Assembly (NCBI GenBank): GCA_002441285.1
Contig: DJVR01000034.1
Location: 3,369 to 67,368 of the forward strand
Reading direction: 5' to 3'
Length of the DNA: 64,000 nucleotides
Origin: Candidatus Atribacteria bacterium UBA6251
GTDB lineage: Bacteria > Atribacterota > Phoenicimicrobiia > Phoenicimicrobiales > Phoenicimicrobiaceae
Shown: positions 20,784-29,671 of the stretch, piece by piece
Layout of the letters: each line of letters starts with the position of its first letter
Position numbering within the stretch: position 1 is the first letter of the stretch
Translations under genes and position numbers: made by a program
The notes under the pieces: generated by a model
Databases searched by the model: none
What the model was told of the DNA's origin: nothing
The model's input: only the letters and a program-made list of their open reading frames with translations

Positions 20784-22124
20784 TTATGGTCCAGTTACAA
20801 TAATTGACTGAAATGCATATCCGATATTTTCTTCTGAATCTTCTACTGTCAGCTGTACAAGATAAGTTCCTGCAGTACTGTAAGTATGAGTAGTTACCGG
20901 AGTAGGTGGTGTCTCATCATGTACCTCTATAGGGCTACCATCATTAAAGTCCCAGGTATAGCTGACTATAGTTGCACCAATTACCGAAGTAGTCGATTCT
21001 GATGCATCAAGTCCAACAGTAAAGGGAGCAGTTCCAGTTGCACTTGAAGGAGTAACCTTGATAACTGCATTTACTCCACTATCCACAGTAATGGTGACAC
21101 TTCCATAACCAACATTTCCTGCAGAATCCGTTATAGTTAGAACAACTATGTAAGTCCCAATATTTGTATAAGTATGAGAAGTAGTAACTCCTGTCCCGGT
21201 CGTTCCATCTCCAAAATCCCAACTATAATTAGCAGTCATAACTCCACATCCAGTTTCAAAAGTACTACCCGAAGCATCGAAATAGACTGTAAACGGAGCA
21301 GATCCTGTTGTACTCGGAGTAACCTGGATGTCCACACTTGTGACTCCTGTCTCTCCTACGGTAATTACTACTGTATCATAACCTTGTTTTCCCCAATAGT
21401 CAGTTACCGTTAATTTAACAATATAGGTACCACAACTACTATAAGTATGGGCTGCCGGCATAACTCCCGTTCCGGATGTTCCGTCTCCAAAATCCCAACT
21501 ATAACTGGCAATCCCGCGATCATCAGTAGAATCACTAGCATCGAAGATTACGGTAAAGGGTGCGGTTCCACTTACTCCAGGTATTACTTTAATCACTGCC
21601 TTTGGTGGTGTAAAGTCAATTCCTGGTTCTATAGCAGGTAAATTAACAGTAACCGATTTATTGATATTGTGACCGGCTCCATCGGTACCAAGTAAGGTTA
21701 TAGTACAAGTAAGTTCGGTTATTAAAGGATTCTTTTTTATATAATCTTTGACTTCTTGAAAATACAAAGGCATATTTTTAATTTCAGTAATTGGACCAGG
21801 GGTACCGGGAGTAGTGGATGGTTCAACATAAAAAGTAGCTCCCACCGTTTTAGTTAATGAACTTATTTTAGTATTTTCTTCATAATATTCGTATTTAAAA
21901 CCTGAACCAATAAATTCTACTTCATTTAAAGAATATACTTCCAAACTAATGGTGCCATCTTCTAAGTTAATTTCTGTATAATTCAATCTTATCTGCGCCT
22001 GGGGGTCAAAGATATTAAGAAGTCCAAAAGAAAGCCAGTTACACCCAACTAATGATATTATAAAACCTAACAATATGGTTATAAATAATATTTTATACAA
22101 ATTCTTTTTATTTTTATATTGCAA
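20784..22124 (-). CDS. PKD-repeat lipoprotein
   Basis: Likely TTG start at 22124 after AAGGAGG; lipobox LVG-C; three PKD repeats (GxAPFTVxFDAS..YSWDFGDG..HTY..GTYxVxLTVTD). Confidence 0.85.
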   Translation of the reverse strand: MQYKNKKNLYKILFITILLGFIISLVGCNWLSFGLLNIFDPQAQIRLNYTEINLEDGTISLEVYSLNEVEFIGSGFKYEYYEENTKISSLTKTVGATFYVEPSTTPGTPGPITEIKNMPLYFQEVKDYIKKNPLITELTCTITLLGTDGAGHNINKSVTVNLPAIEPGIDFTPPKAVIKVIPGVSGTAPFTVIFDASDSTDDRGIASYSWDFGDGTSGTGVMPAAHTYSSCGTYIVKLTVTDYWGKQGYDTVVITVGETGVTSVDIQVTPSTTGSAPFTVYFDASGSTFETGCGVMTANYSWDFGDGTTGTGVTTSHTYTNIGTYIVVLTITDSAGNVGYGSVTITVDSGVNAVIKVTPSSATGTAPFTVGLDASESTTSVIGATIVSYTWDFNDGSPIEVHDETPPTPVTTHTYSTAGTYLVQLTVEDSEENIGYAFQSIIVTGP

Positions 22125-22154
22125 AGTCTTGTCCTCCTTTCGAATTATAATTTT

Positions 22155-22393
22155 GTCATTGCGAGCCTTCTGCAAGAAGGCGTGGCAATCTCAATTTTAT
22201 TTTTTCAATTATATGCCAACTTAGATTCCCGCTCTGAATTACCGCTTTCGCGGGAATGACATAATCAAATTAAAATGACATTTAATATTTTTCTTATAGG
22301 GGTCGGATTTATCCGACCCGTTTTAATTGCGGGTTCGATGAATCAAACCCCTACATTTCACCCTCACCCTACCCTCTCCCCTCAAGGGAGAGG
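22155..22393. repeat. Cluster of several families of short palindromic (REP/RPE-like) elements
   Basis: GTCATTGCGAG-hairpin-CGTGGCAATCTC; CCGCTTTCGCGGGAATGAC; inverted pair TAGGGGTCGGATTTATCCGACCC / GGGTTCGATGAATCAAACCCCTAC; CCCTCACCCTACCCTCTCCC-CTCAA-GGGAGAGG. Confidence 0.75.
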
Positions 22394-22416
22394 AAATAGA
22401 AACGATGACAAAAATA

Positions 22417-24306
22417 TTAGTAATCTAACTTGTGAGCAGTGATAAGGATAATTATTTCTGTTTTCTTGTTTTTGCTATTAGTAAATTTGAATAACTCACC
22501 AAATATAGGTATATCTCCTAATAACGGTATTTTCGTTGTAGTTTTTATCTGTTCTGAAGTAATTAATCCTCCTATTACTACCGTCTCACCCAATTTAGAT
22601 CGAATTATTACCTCCTCTTCTCGAGAATTAATTACAGGATAACCTATATACTGCTCTGTTCCCAGTGAATTTACTGTTACATAAACATCCATTGTTATGG
22701 GCCCATCAGTACTTAAATAAGGAGTAATATTTAAAGTTAATCCTACTTTTTTATAATCAATAGTTTCCACACCTTCAGCATCTCTCTTTTTTATAGGAAT
22801 TTGTTGACCAGTTTCTATTCTAGCTTCTTTCCCATCCAAAGTAAGAACCTTAGGATTAGATAGAATATTAGTCTTTCCTTCAGTTTGCAAGGCTTTTAGC
22901 GTTGCTTCAATTAAACCACTTCTTTCGAAAGAACCCCCTAAAGTTATTTCACCTATAGTAATTTGACCTTCTAATTTAGCATCACCACTCACCCACTTAA
23001 TTCCTAAGTCTTTTTCCCCATCTAAAGTAATTTCAACGACTTTAGCTTCTATCATTATCTGAGGTACACGCTTATCCAGACCAGCAATCATTGTTTCTAC
23101 ATTATCCAATTGTTCTTCTGTACCTTTTACAATAATTTCACTCTGCCGGCTATCAATATTTATTCTTTCTTCTTCAGGAATAATAATGCTGAGCATATTC
23201 TTTATAGCCTCAATTTCATCATCAAAGATAGCATTATTTATCTTAAAGGTTTTAGTAAATAATTGAGAATCAATCCTGGAGATTATCTCTTCAACCTTTT
23301 TTATATCTTCTTTTGTGCCAGAGATGATTAGATTGTTTAATCTTGGATCGGCTACAATATTTATTTTACTTTTTTCTTCTTCTTTTAGATAATTATCTAA
23401 AACTCTTTTAGCTTCTTCAGCGGTTGTATTTTTTAGTTCAAATATTTGAGTAATGGTGGACTGTCTTTCTTTAATTTTATTTTTAGTGGTAATGTAGACC
23501 GTATTCTCGGAAATTTCCATATAATCCAAATCTTTAATTAATAAAATGGCATTTAAGGCTTCTTTAAAGCTAACTTTTTTGGGGAAATTCAGAGTAATGG
23601 TTCCACTTACCGAGTCATCGGTGATAAGATTAATTTCAGCCCTAGCAAATAAAAGATTTAAAATATCTCGAACTTCGGAATCTTTTTTAAAATTAATTTC
23701 CAAAGGTTCCATCTTATTATCCGCTAAATCAATAATTGAAACCTTAGGGGGTTCTTCTTTTTCCAGCTTGACTGGTTTACTAATTACCGGGGTAACTGTA
23801 AATACTTGAGCTTCAGGAGCAGTAAATTCTTCATAATCATAAATATCAATATACAATAGCTTTTTCTCTTCCGATAATTTTACTTCATACTTTGCCTTTT
23901 GAAACAAATCTACCACAAATCTGGTAATAGGTATCGGTTCAGTTTCAAATTGTCCACATCTTACCTGTTTAACTGCTCCCAAATTTAAAAATAAAATATT
24001 TTTAGATAAATCTTGGATGTTATAAATTGCATTCTTTACATCAATTACAATTCTATCCGGAGAATCGAAATAACTAACTTCATAATCTTGGATTGCTCCA
24101 TTAGCTTTAATGGTAAGATGAGTAAAGTTAGGAACTTTTTTATACCAGATATTAGTAAAAGAAATATTATCTGTCTCAGCGTTAGCTATAGCTAATATAA
24201 AGGAAGTTAATAAAAATAATATTAAAACGAAAATTAAATTTTTTATTCTTCTAATTCTTGTAGTTGTTTCAACTGGTGGAAAAATAATCATATCTTTTTT
24301 ATTCAT
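22417..24306 (-). CDS. pilQ: Type IV pilus secretin with N-terminal AMIN domain
   Basis: PDRIVID/TRFVVDL (AMIN), secretin N repeats, PQIMIEAKVVE, ILSNPKVLTLDG and KIPLLGDIPIFGELFK; last gene of pilMNOP. ATG at 24306 preferred over the GTG at 24321. Confidence 0.9.
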   Translation of the reverse strand: MNKKDMIIFPPVETTTRIRRIKNLIFVLILFLLTSFILAIANAETDNISFTNIWYKKVPNFTHLTIKANGAIQDYEVSYFDSPDRIVIDVKNAIYNIQDLSKNILFLNLGAVKQVRCGQFETEPIPITRFVVDLFQKAKYEVKLSEEKKLLYIDIYDYEEFTAPEAQVFTVTPVISKPVKLEKEEPPKVSIIDLADNKMEPLEINFKKDSEVRDILNLLFARAEINLITDDSVSGTITLNFPKKVSFKEALNAILLIKDLDYMEISENTVYITTKNKIKERQSTITQIFELKNTTAEEAKRVLDNYLKEEEKSKINIVADPRLNNLIISGTKEDIKKVEEIISRIDSQLFTKTFKINNAIFDDEIEAIKNMLSIIIPEEERINIDSRQSEIIVKGTEEQLDNVETMIAGLDKRVPQIMIEAKVVEITLDGEKDLGIKWVSGDAKLEGQITIGEITLGGSFERSGLIEATLKALQTEGKTNILSNPKVLTLDGKEARIETGQQIPIKKRDAEGVETIDYKKVGLTLNITPYLSTDGPITMDVYVTVNSLGTEQYIGYPVINSREEEVIIRSKLGETVVIGGLITSEQIKTTTKIPLLGDIPIFGELFKFTNSKNKKTEIIILITAHKLDY

Positions 24307-24964
24307 TAGAAGCTTCCTCACCTCCTATTTTCAGAGAAAATTCATAATCTTCTATTTCCAGTATTACTTCATTTTTTCTTATCTCTTTGACAATATATTT
24401 ATCTAATAATATATCGTATAATTTAGCAATAAAAGTATCACCATCTATTTCTATCATAGCTACGCGATTACTTTCATTACCGACTATACCATTTAATTTA
24501 GTATCGGGAGGTAATTCCGGTTTGTATATAGCAGTTTGTTTCCACCAGGCTTCCTCCTCTTCAGTTGGAGCCTCTTCTTCTTTTTTAGAAGAGAAAACAC
24601 TTACTTTTTGAAAAGGATTGCGATAGCTAGGAGGTTCATAAGGTTCATAAGCAAAAATTTTCTCTTCGTAAGCTTGTTTTCTTTTTTCCATTTCAATATC
24701 GAAAGGAGTTTTTTCTTGAACCACAGGTTCCTCTTTTTGCAAGGGAGAAGAAACAGCAGTAGAGGTAGTAGTATTCGTTTTAGTAGAAAAAGTTGCTACT
24801 TTAGGGGTACTTGCCTTTGGTGGAAAAAACATCGGATACCCTAAATAGGCAATTGCTCCTAATAAGATTACTAATATTAAAAACAACCATAACCACCTTC
24901 GGCTACGAGAACCTTGGTCTCTTTCTGTTTTTTTAAAAATATTTTTGAAAGATATTTTTTTCAT
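24299..24964 (-). CDS. pilP: PilP-like pilus assembly protein (TM-anchored)
   Basis: One TM segment, RNPF motif and LNGIV...VAMIE beta domain; lies between pilO and pilQ. Confidence 0.7.
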   Translation of the reverse strand: MKKISFKNIFKKTERDQGSRSRRWLWLFLILVILLGAIAYLGYPMFFPPKASTPKVATFSTKTNTTTSTAVSSPLQKEEPVVQEKTPFDIEMEKRKQAYEEKIFAYEPYEPPSYRNPFQKVSVFSSKKEEEAPTEEEEAWWKQTAIYKPELPPDTKLNGIVGNESNRVAMIEIDGDTFIAKLYDILLDKYIVKEIRKNEVILEIEDYEFSLKIGGEEASNE

Positions 24965-24967
24965 TTT

Positions 24968-25522
24968 CTATGGCGTACCTTCTTTTCTTAATAGATAAGT
25001 AAGCATACTTATAGAAATATTTAATTTATCGGGATCTTTACCACCTTTACTAATATTTAGAGATTGAACATCAATAATACGAGGTAGGTTTTCCAGTCGA
25101 TCCAGATAGAAGATTAGATCAAAATAATTAGCAGCAAGATTCATAGAAATAGGCATTTTCCCATAGATCCTTTCTTTCTCCCAGATGATATTTTGAGGAG
25201 TAAAGTTGGTAAAATCTACTTTAAACTCAGTCATAGTATCTTGAATCATTACCAATAAATCAGGAATCTCTTTTTCTTTAGGCAACATTACCTCTAAAAA
25301 AGCTAATTTTTCTTTCAAAGCGGCATATTCTGCTTTTAAGGGACCTAATTGAGCAGCAATCTTTTTACCCTGTTCAATCTTTTGAGCAGTAGTTTGAATA
25401 TCTCGATCTAATTGTTCTATTTTTTGCATCCTAGGCTGATAAATATATAAATAGTTAACTCCCACAATTAAGATAGTTAAAAGTAAGAGTAGAAAGATCA
25501 CTATGCCCTTTCTTAATTTCAT
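24968..25522 (-). CDS. pilO: Type IV pilus assembly protein PilO
   Basis: TM segment, coiled coil, LPKEKEIPDLL and LENLPRII motifs. Confidence 0.9.
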   Translation of the reverse strand: MKLRKGIVIFLLLLLTILIVGVNYLYIYQPRMQKIEQLDRDIQTTAQKIEQGKKIAAQLGPLKAEYAALKEKLAFLEVMLPKEKEIPDLLVMIQDTMTEFKVDFTNFTPQNIIWEKERIYGKMPISMNLAANYFDLIFYLDRLENLPRIIDVQSLNISKGGKDPDKLNISISMLTYLLRKEGTP

Positions 25523-25552
25523 AAACTAAATATTTCCTTTCTTTTTTAGCCT

Positions 25553-26122
25553 TTATGGTTTTACTTTCTTAGGTATAAATATTCCGGATAATTTAAAATT
25601 AACTATTTCTGTTTCTATATCATCTGCTTCACGTAAATTAGTTTTATGAACATAAGCCAATTCGATATTATCAAAAGTGGAGTTATTCTTTAAAGCCACC
25701 ATATACTTGGCAATTAAATAATTGTTATAGGTATTAGCAGTAAAATTAAAGGTTTGATTGGCGCTTAAACTAATGTTATCTACCCAAACTTCATCCAGTA
25801 TAGAAGCGCTGAATTCACCCAGAATACGGGATAAACGAGATTGATTATCGATTAACCCCTGAATAACCATAATCCGATCTTCGATAACCTTTTTATCTTT
25901 TTCTAAATCTTTTACTTCTTTGATGATCTTTTCAATAGCTGCTAGTTCAGCCTTCATTACCTTTAATTGTTGTTCACGACTATCGATTTGAATCTCTAAG
26001 TAATAATAGAGGTAAATAGAGGCCATTATTAAAAAAGAAAAGAATAAAATGATTATAAATCTACTAAATCTAAATTTCTCCTTCTCTTTATATTCGCTTG
26101 GTAATAAGTTAATATTTGTCAT
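25553..26122 (-). CDS. pilN: Type IV pilus assembly protein PilN
   Basis: N-terminal INLLP motif, TM segment and coiled coil. Confidence 0.92.
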   Translation of the reverse strand: MTNINLLPSEYKEKEKFRFSRFIIILFFSFLIMASIYLYYYLEIQIDSREQQLKVMKAELAAIEKIIKEVKDLEKDKKVIEDRIMVIQGLIDNQSRLSRILGEFSASILDEVWVDNISLSANQTFNFTANTYNNYLIAKYMVALKNNSTFDNIELAYVHKTNLREADDIETEIVNFKLSGIFIPKKVKP

Positions 26123-26131
26123 CTTGATGGT

Positions 26132-27238
26132 TTACCTTTCTCTTTTAGCTAAACCTATTACTGTAGCCAGGGTGGATTTAATCTTATTTAGCCTCTTTAA
26201 ATCAAATTCAGCCTCATTAATCCTGATTCCTTTCCAAGGGTCACCTATTTTAGTAGTAATTTCAAATTCATTGGTGAGGAATTCTTCAATACCAGAAATA
26301 TTGGCACTACCTCCGCAAAGAATAATTTTACTATATTTTACTTGCTGATTTTGAGTTTTATAATAATTTAATGATTTTCTTACCTCTTTAGCTAATTGAT
26401 CTAAAATCTTTAACATAATTTTTTCAGCTTCATCGCTCTTTTTTTCGCCTGGAGATTCTTCAGAGGGATTAATTATTTTAGTTTCTCTTTTTAGTTTTTC
26501 TGCTTCACTAAAGGTTAGATTTAATGATTTGGCAATTGCTTTGGTAATATCGTTACCTCCGATAAGGATATCTCGGGCAAATTTCAAGTTACCTTTTTCG
26601 GTCAGGGTAAGGATGGTAGTGCTTGCTCCTATAGATAAAATTGCATCAGTAACTGTTTCTATAGATTGTTTTTCTTTTTCTTCTTGGACCTTTTCTTTTG
26701 GTTCATTTTGACTTTTATTTAAATAAAAGTCAAAAGCTCTGATATTGGCAGCAGAGCTTATATCCACTATTTTAGGAATTATCCGTACCTTTTTTAAGGC
26801 CTCCATATAAGGTTGAATAACTGATTTAGGAACCGCAACCAGTAAAACTCTCATCATCTGATTGCCATCCTTTTCGGTAAATTCCTCAATCTTTTCCGCA
26901 TCAATTACCGCTTCATCAAGATTATAAGGGACATACTTAGGTGCTTCCCATAGCACTCCTGGTAATATTTCTTTCTCTTCCATTAAAGGCAGAATAATTT
27001 CTCGAATAATTAATTTTTGTCCAGTAATAGCAATAATCGCTCGATTATCTCTCATTCTAATCTTACTTAATAAATCAGCTAAGGCCTCAGCAACCGCAAT
27101 GGGATTTATAATTTCACCATTAGCCACCGCACCTTCCGGACTAAAATTAGTTCCGAAACTATCCAGTTCATATCCAGCACCAACTTTGTTCAGTTTTAAT
27201 ACTTTAATCGAACGTGCACCAAAATCGATTGCAAACAT
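26132..27238 (-). CDS. pilM: Type IV pilus assembly protein PilM
   Basis: Actin-like motifs IDFGARSIK, IGGNDIT, ILCGGSA and IGLAKR. Confidence 0.92.
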   Translation of the reverse strand: MFAIDFGARSIKVLKLNKVGAGYELDSFGTNFSPEGAVANGEIINPIAVAEALADLLSKIRMRDNRAIIAITGQKLIIREIILPLMEEKEILPGVLWEAPKYVPYNLDEAVIDAEKIEEFTEKDGNQMMRVLLVAVPKSVIQPYMEALKKVRIIPKIVDISSAANIRAFDFYLNKSQNEPKEKVQEEKEKQSIETVTDAILSIGASTTILTLTEKGNLKFARDILIGGNDITKAIAKSLNLTFSEAEKLKRETKIINPSEESPGEKKSDEAEKIMLKILDQLAKEVRKSLNYYKTQNQQVKYSKIILCGGSANISGIEEFLTNEFEITTKIGDPWKGIRINEAEFDLKRLNKIKSTLATVIGLAKRER

Positions 27239-27257
27239 ATCTACTCTTTATTTCCTT

Positions 27258-27373
27258 TCTGTCATTCCCGCGAAAGCGGGAATCCATCTTCTCCGTCATT
27301 GCGAAGAATCCACCCTTTCTGTCATTGCGAGGGTGGCACTCAAGTAATATTGAGTGCCACCCGTGGCAATCTC
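27258..27373. repeat. Composite palindromic repeat upstream of pilM
   Basis: GTCATTCCCGCGAAAGCGGGAATCC plus two GTCATTGCGA modules, the last closed by CGTGGCAATCTC around a long hairpin. Confidence 0.8.
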
Positions 27374-27426
27374 ATATTACTATATCACATCATTGTAAAC
27401 TTACCATATGAATTTTTTTTTCTATA

Positions 27427-27651
27427 CTCGATAATTTTCTTTCTTGTTTTATTCTTTCTCGATACTATCTTATGTTGTTTCTTTTCTGTTTTCTTTCTTG
27501 ACGCGATAATGTTCTACTAAATGCCAAAGCTATCTCTTTAAGCTCGTAATTCTTTCCCACACTATAACTATCCGCTATTATTATACGACAACCTACGATT
27601 CAAGCCCTTATCTTCTCTTGGACTCGATACTCGATACTATATGCTCGATAC
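27427..27651 (-). pseudogene. Possible internally deleted four-helix-bundle protein gene remnant flanked by CTCGATA heptamers
   Basis: The GTG at 27560 gives MGKNYELKEIALAFSR and a shifted frame gives IIASRKKTEK; five CTCGATA copies flank it. Confidence 0.3.
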
Positions 27652-27732
27652 TATTTTTATGCTGTTTTTATACATATTTTCTCCATAACTTCTAAAAATC
27701 CTTCTTTTTATGAAAAATAATTTAAAAATTAT

Positions 27733-28956
27733 TTAATATACCTCTCTCCAGGATGTTTTTTTAAAGAAACGGTCACCGGTAGTTGTAAATTGATTCATAG
27801 ATGTATCATAATTAATTATTGATTTATTACGAACATATACAGTATCTGCAATCACCGAACCGGTAACTTCACATCCATTTTTTAATTCAATAAAACCTTC
27901 AGAATTACCATCAGGTAAAATTGATTGAACTATTCCTTTAAGAATAGATGATTTAGCGTAAATTTTGATATTTCCCTGTGCTACTAAAGCAAGTGCGGTA
28001 ATTGGGTCATCTGCATTAATATAAGTACTGTCATTATTAATATTAAAAGTTGCACCTTCTTTAATTTCCACATTACCAGTAGCAATAATTGCACCATTGT
28101 TAACATTTATTGTTGAGCCATTTTTAGCTTCTAAACTTCCTTCAATATAATGTATTCCCGTCCAATTTTCTATATCACCATTTCCCAGAATAACATCACT
28201 TGTGTGATAATGAATATTGCCTGATGCGGCTTCATCAGCCAAAGCTCTCACTTTTAATTCATCATAATCAACTGTAGGAATAGTCTCTTTTGGAACCCCC
28301 GTATTACTACCATCACTAGTATCATCTAAGTCATTATTTTTTCCGGAAGAAGTAGCGTTTCCATCATAATTTTCATCAAACTTACCCGAAACTAAGATAT
28401 CATCATTAGAATGCACATCACCAGTAATATCAGGCCCAGGAGTGCCCTGGAAAAGAATTATTTTATCAGCAAGAATGGCATATTTATACATCGCTATTAT
28501 TATGTAATCAATTTCCGCGGTTACTTCTATTTTTCGCTTTCCTGAGGAAAATTTACCTCCTAAAACTACTCCAGTTGAAGTAATTTTAATCTTATCAGTA
28601 TCAATATCCTCAATGCTTACTTGATAATATTCGGTAGCTGTCCCTGGGTCAGGTTCATTAGTAGGACGCCACTCTATTCCCTCTCCACCATTTTCAACGA
28701 TTGTATTTAATTTCCATAGAGCGTCTTCAATGCCTGCATCAGCCAAATAAAAAGCTTTATTAGATTCCCGTTGAAGGGTAGACAACTTCGTATCATTATT
28801 AGTCATAGTAAGCAGGGCTACGGCTAAAGTAACTAATACAAAAACAAAGATTAAAGTTGTCAAAAGAGCCATGCCTTTTTGATTTAACAGAATATTTCTT
28901 ATTTTTTTATCTTTAATCTTCTTTTTTCTTTTTTTCATTTCTATCACCCCTCTCAA
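27733..28956 (-). CDS. PilX-like minor pilin
   Basis: NQKG/MALLT cleavage site without E5, AFYLADAGIEDA (PilX N-terminus) and C-terminal SWREV. Confidence 0.85.
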   Translation of the reverse strand: MRGVIEMKKRKKKIKDKKIRNILLNQKGMALLTTLIFVFVLVTLAVALLTMTNNDTKLSTLQRESNKAFYLADAGIEDALWKLNTIVENGGEGIEWRPTNEPDPGTATEYYQVSIEDIDTDKIKITSTGVVLGGKFSSGKRKIEVTAEIDYIIIAMYKYAILADKIILFQGTPGPDITGDVHSNDDILVSGKFDENYDGNATSSGKNNDLDDTSDGSNTGVPKETIPTVDYDELKVRALADEAASGNIHYHTSDVILGNGDIENWTGIHYIEGSLEAKNGSTINVNNGAIIATGNVEIKEGATFNINNDSTYINADDPITALALVAQGNIKIYAKSSILKGIVQSILPDGNSEGFIELKNGCEVTGSVIADTVYVRNKSIINYDTSMNQFTTTGDRFFKKTSWREVY

Positions 28957-29021
28957 GTGGATTATTAGTCAATTTATCGATTAACTAATTCATCAATTTC
29001 AGTACTTCATTTAACCATTCC

Positions 29022-29044
29022 GTAAAACAGGCGTCTCGCCTGTC
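29022..29044. repeat. REP-like palindrome
   Basis: GTAAAACAGGCGTCTCGCCTGTC, related to 20685. Confidence 0.5.
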
Positions 29045-29072
29045 TATAATTTTAATAGAAACAAAAAATCTA

Positions 29073-29645
29073 CTATAAACCATAATTTCTCAGATTAACA
29101 TCCGTATTTAAAGTTATATCAGGTTTGCCATCATCATCAACATCTACTTTTAAATTTATGTGTATTTTAGATATTTTAGGCAATGTAGAGATATCAGGAG
29201 AATCATATTTTACTCCATTAGAATCATAGTATTCAAAAATATCTTCCTCACTTATTTTAAGTACATTATCAATTAAAGGATTGCTGGTTAAATTTTTTAT
29301 TCTTTGTATGGTAGTACCAAATAAAGCATAGGTAACAGAATAAGCGGAACTTCCACCTAAAGGAGGAATATCAACAGTAACAGAAATTTCTGAACCACTA
29401 GATATATTACTACCCTCTCTTATTTCTCTTACCATTCTATCCATAGCCTGACGTGCATTTCTCTGTGCCTCTAATTGACTCTGGCCTGCTACCCAGGATT
29501 TAGCTCCCCCTGTGAAAAAAGTTACCAATCCTAAAACAATTAATCCTAGAATAGCCACTACAACCATCATTTCGATTAAACTAAAACCTTTTTGTTTATA
29601 CTTACAATGAATTATCTTCATAATATTTCCCTTTTTAAATATCAC
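29073..29645 (-). CDS. PilW-like minor pilin
   Basis: QKG/FSLIEMM, NARQAMDRMVREIR and C-terminal VNLRN. Confidence 0.85.
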   Translation of the reverse strand: MIFKKGNIMKIIHCKYKQKGFSLIEMMVVVAILGLIVLGLVTFFTGGAKSWVAGQSQLEAQRNARQAMDRMVREIREGSNISSGSEISVTVDIPPLGGSSAYSVTYALFGTTIQRIKNLTSNPLIDNVLKISEEDIFEYYDSNGVKYDSPDISTLPKISKIHINLKVDVDDDGKPDITLNTDVNLRNYGL

Positions 29646-29671
29646 AAGATATTTTTGTAATACAATCTTAA

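Noticed and set aside
27420..27660. Possible CRISPR array from the short repeats
   Set aside because: The repeats are 7-8 nt with irregular spacing, and there are no 25-40 nt direct repeats or cas genes.
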